Made by a program: the position numbers and the translations under genes. Below are positions 62,221-64,000 of a DNA stretch of 64,000 bases, one piece after another. The notes under the pieces are model-generated. The model saw only the letters and a list, made by a program, of their open reading frames with translations. It had not been told where the DNA came from and ran no database searches. This stretch comes from Amphiscolops sp. MND2022 (lineage: Eukaryota). The DNA lies in the NCBI GenBank assembly GCA_964187785.1, contig OZ076409.1, positions 8,000,001-8,064,000 of the forward strand. The letters are read 5' to 3'. The number at the start of each line of letters is the position of its first letter. Positions within the stretch are counted from its first letter, which is position 1.

Positions 62221-64000
62221 GACAGTGTCACTACTGATTATGACGGAAAGTGCTTTACCTTTTGTAATAGTTAGTGATGCTCTAAAACACCACTAAGTTA
62301 GATAATTGGTGAACTGAAACTAGCAGTACCTTGTTTAAAAAAGATGATATGTCAATTCTTACCAAACTTTGTTTTTATATAAATAAAACGGTGTAAAATG
62401 AATCTAATTCGACAAGTTGGTTTTAAAACACTTTTTAAAGGTTTCATAGACTTTATTTTTGTTGTTTTCCCATATTTTTGCAGTAAAAATTTTGTGAACG
62501 AAATTCGTTCCATTCGAACACTCTCGATTAGTTTTATCTCAAATGCATAAATTATCTCAGTCTTGGTAAAAGATTCCGTGGTTAACAAGACGCCCGCTAA
62601 ACACCAGGATATTTTCCGCCTTGTCAAAAAAAATCAAGCGAAAGCGAGTTTCGAACCCACAACCTACTGATTGATAGTAACTGAAATAGTCAAGTAACAA
62701 AAATAGTCAAGTAACTAAAAGATGGAGATCGTGGAGATGATAAAAAAGATGGAGATCGTGGAGATGACAAGTAACTGAAATAGTCAAGTAACTTGAATAG
62801 TCAAGTAACATGAAGATGGAGATCGTGGAAATTTATGAAAAAAACGCAACAAAAATTATAATTTTCCTCCCCCATTTTATTTGGGCGGAAAATAACAAAA
62901 CATGTATCTCTCTGTCTGGGTTTATCTTAACTTTAATGGTTTGATCATCATTGCCGTGAAGAACACGAAGAAGACATTATTTATATGGGTTATTTCGTAC
63001 TAAATGTCCAAAGATGATACAGTATTATATACCAACGAGCCGAAAACAATAATGGGTTAGCGCCTCACGTAAGGCTCAAAAAGAGCAAAAGACTTCAAAC
63101 CCTCAAGTTTTCTCCTTCACAGTACCCGAAAAACAAAAAAGGGAAGGGAACTCGCGCGCAAAAGGGGTGACCCTTCGGAATTGTTAGAACATTTTAGACA
63201 CAATAAAAAGATTTCAAAAAAAATTGAATCACAGTGTCGAATGTGTCGAATAATAGTCGAAAGGTGGCCTTCAGTCTCGTGTCTCGTCCGGTATTGTATG
63301 TTGCAAAAAAAGAACTATTAAAGTTCAGTTCCTATGCCCTTTAAAACTTCGTAGAACATGGAAGCACTGTTTTGGTCAGTTCATATGGGCTGACAGAAAA
63401 GTCACTTTTATAGCCGTGTTTCACTTCATGGAGTACCGAAGAAAGACGGGAAAAATTTAAAAAAACTCGTTTCATCCGAGCTTTGAAACCTTCGTTTCGT
63501 TTTGTTCAGATCTTGAAGAATTAATGCTGGAGCCCAGGGAAACAACAAAGAAGCCACAATCTAGATTTTAATTGCAGAGTGGAATCTTAATTTCTTTGTG
63601 ACAACAAAAGCGACAGAAATGATTTCATGCTATTCTCCTGAACAATCGAACAAGGCTCCCTTGAGATGTCCTCTCATAGTATTTTTGATTTGCATGAATT
63701 ACACATTTTTACCTCACTGTAAAAACGCAATCTTAGTTTAACTTCATGGTGTTAGTATCGCATAAAATAAATTTTGAACCATCAAAAATTTTGAACTTTC
63801 TCGAAAGGAACCGTGAACTGGAAGCTTATTTGACACCGTGAAAATCAAATGAACTTTCACTCAGGCATCATTCCAGGATTGTACTAATCCCTGCTAAATC
63901 TTGTACGATGACTTTTTCCTGCAAACTCTTCCAAGTTTAAGGTCTTCCTTGCAAGATTCTTGCAAGGTCAATGTTTCTCTTGCAAGATTCTTGCAAGTTC

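Overview
AT-rich, repeat-dense eukaryotic (animal-like) genomic DNA with spliceosomal introns; no prokaryotic features. (1) A complete, recently inserted 17.7-kb Ty3/Gypsy LTR element at 17071-34803 (+). It has ~99% identical 400-bp LTRs, an AACC target-site duplication and a single decayed gag-pol frame. It also has an intact 904-aa envelope ORF whose cysteine pattern resembles chuvirus-type (class III) fusion glycoproteins, plus about five accessory ORFs, so it looks like a complex endogenous-retrovirus-like element. Its leader has covarying hairpins and it lacks a canonical polypurine tract. (2) A host castor/CASZ1 zinc-finger gene on the minus strand, reconstructed by hand as 13 phase-compatible coding exons (60029-35313, 888 aa), ending ~500 bp from the 3' LTR. 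(3) The rest is DNA-transposon debris: Helentron/DINE-1-like HINEs (one with an internal 172-bp tandem array), CCC...GGG elements with 2-bp TSDs, hAT- and Merlin-like MITEs, and Tc1 and MULE transposase fossils. There is also a spacerless 366-bp perfect palindrome and several minisatellites. Homology calls rest on motifs recognised by eye; no searches were run.
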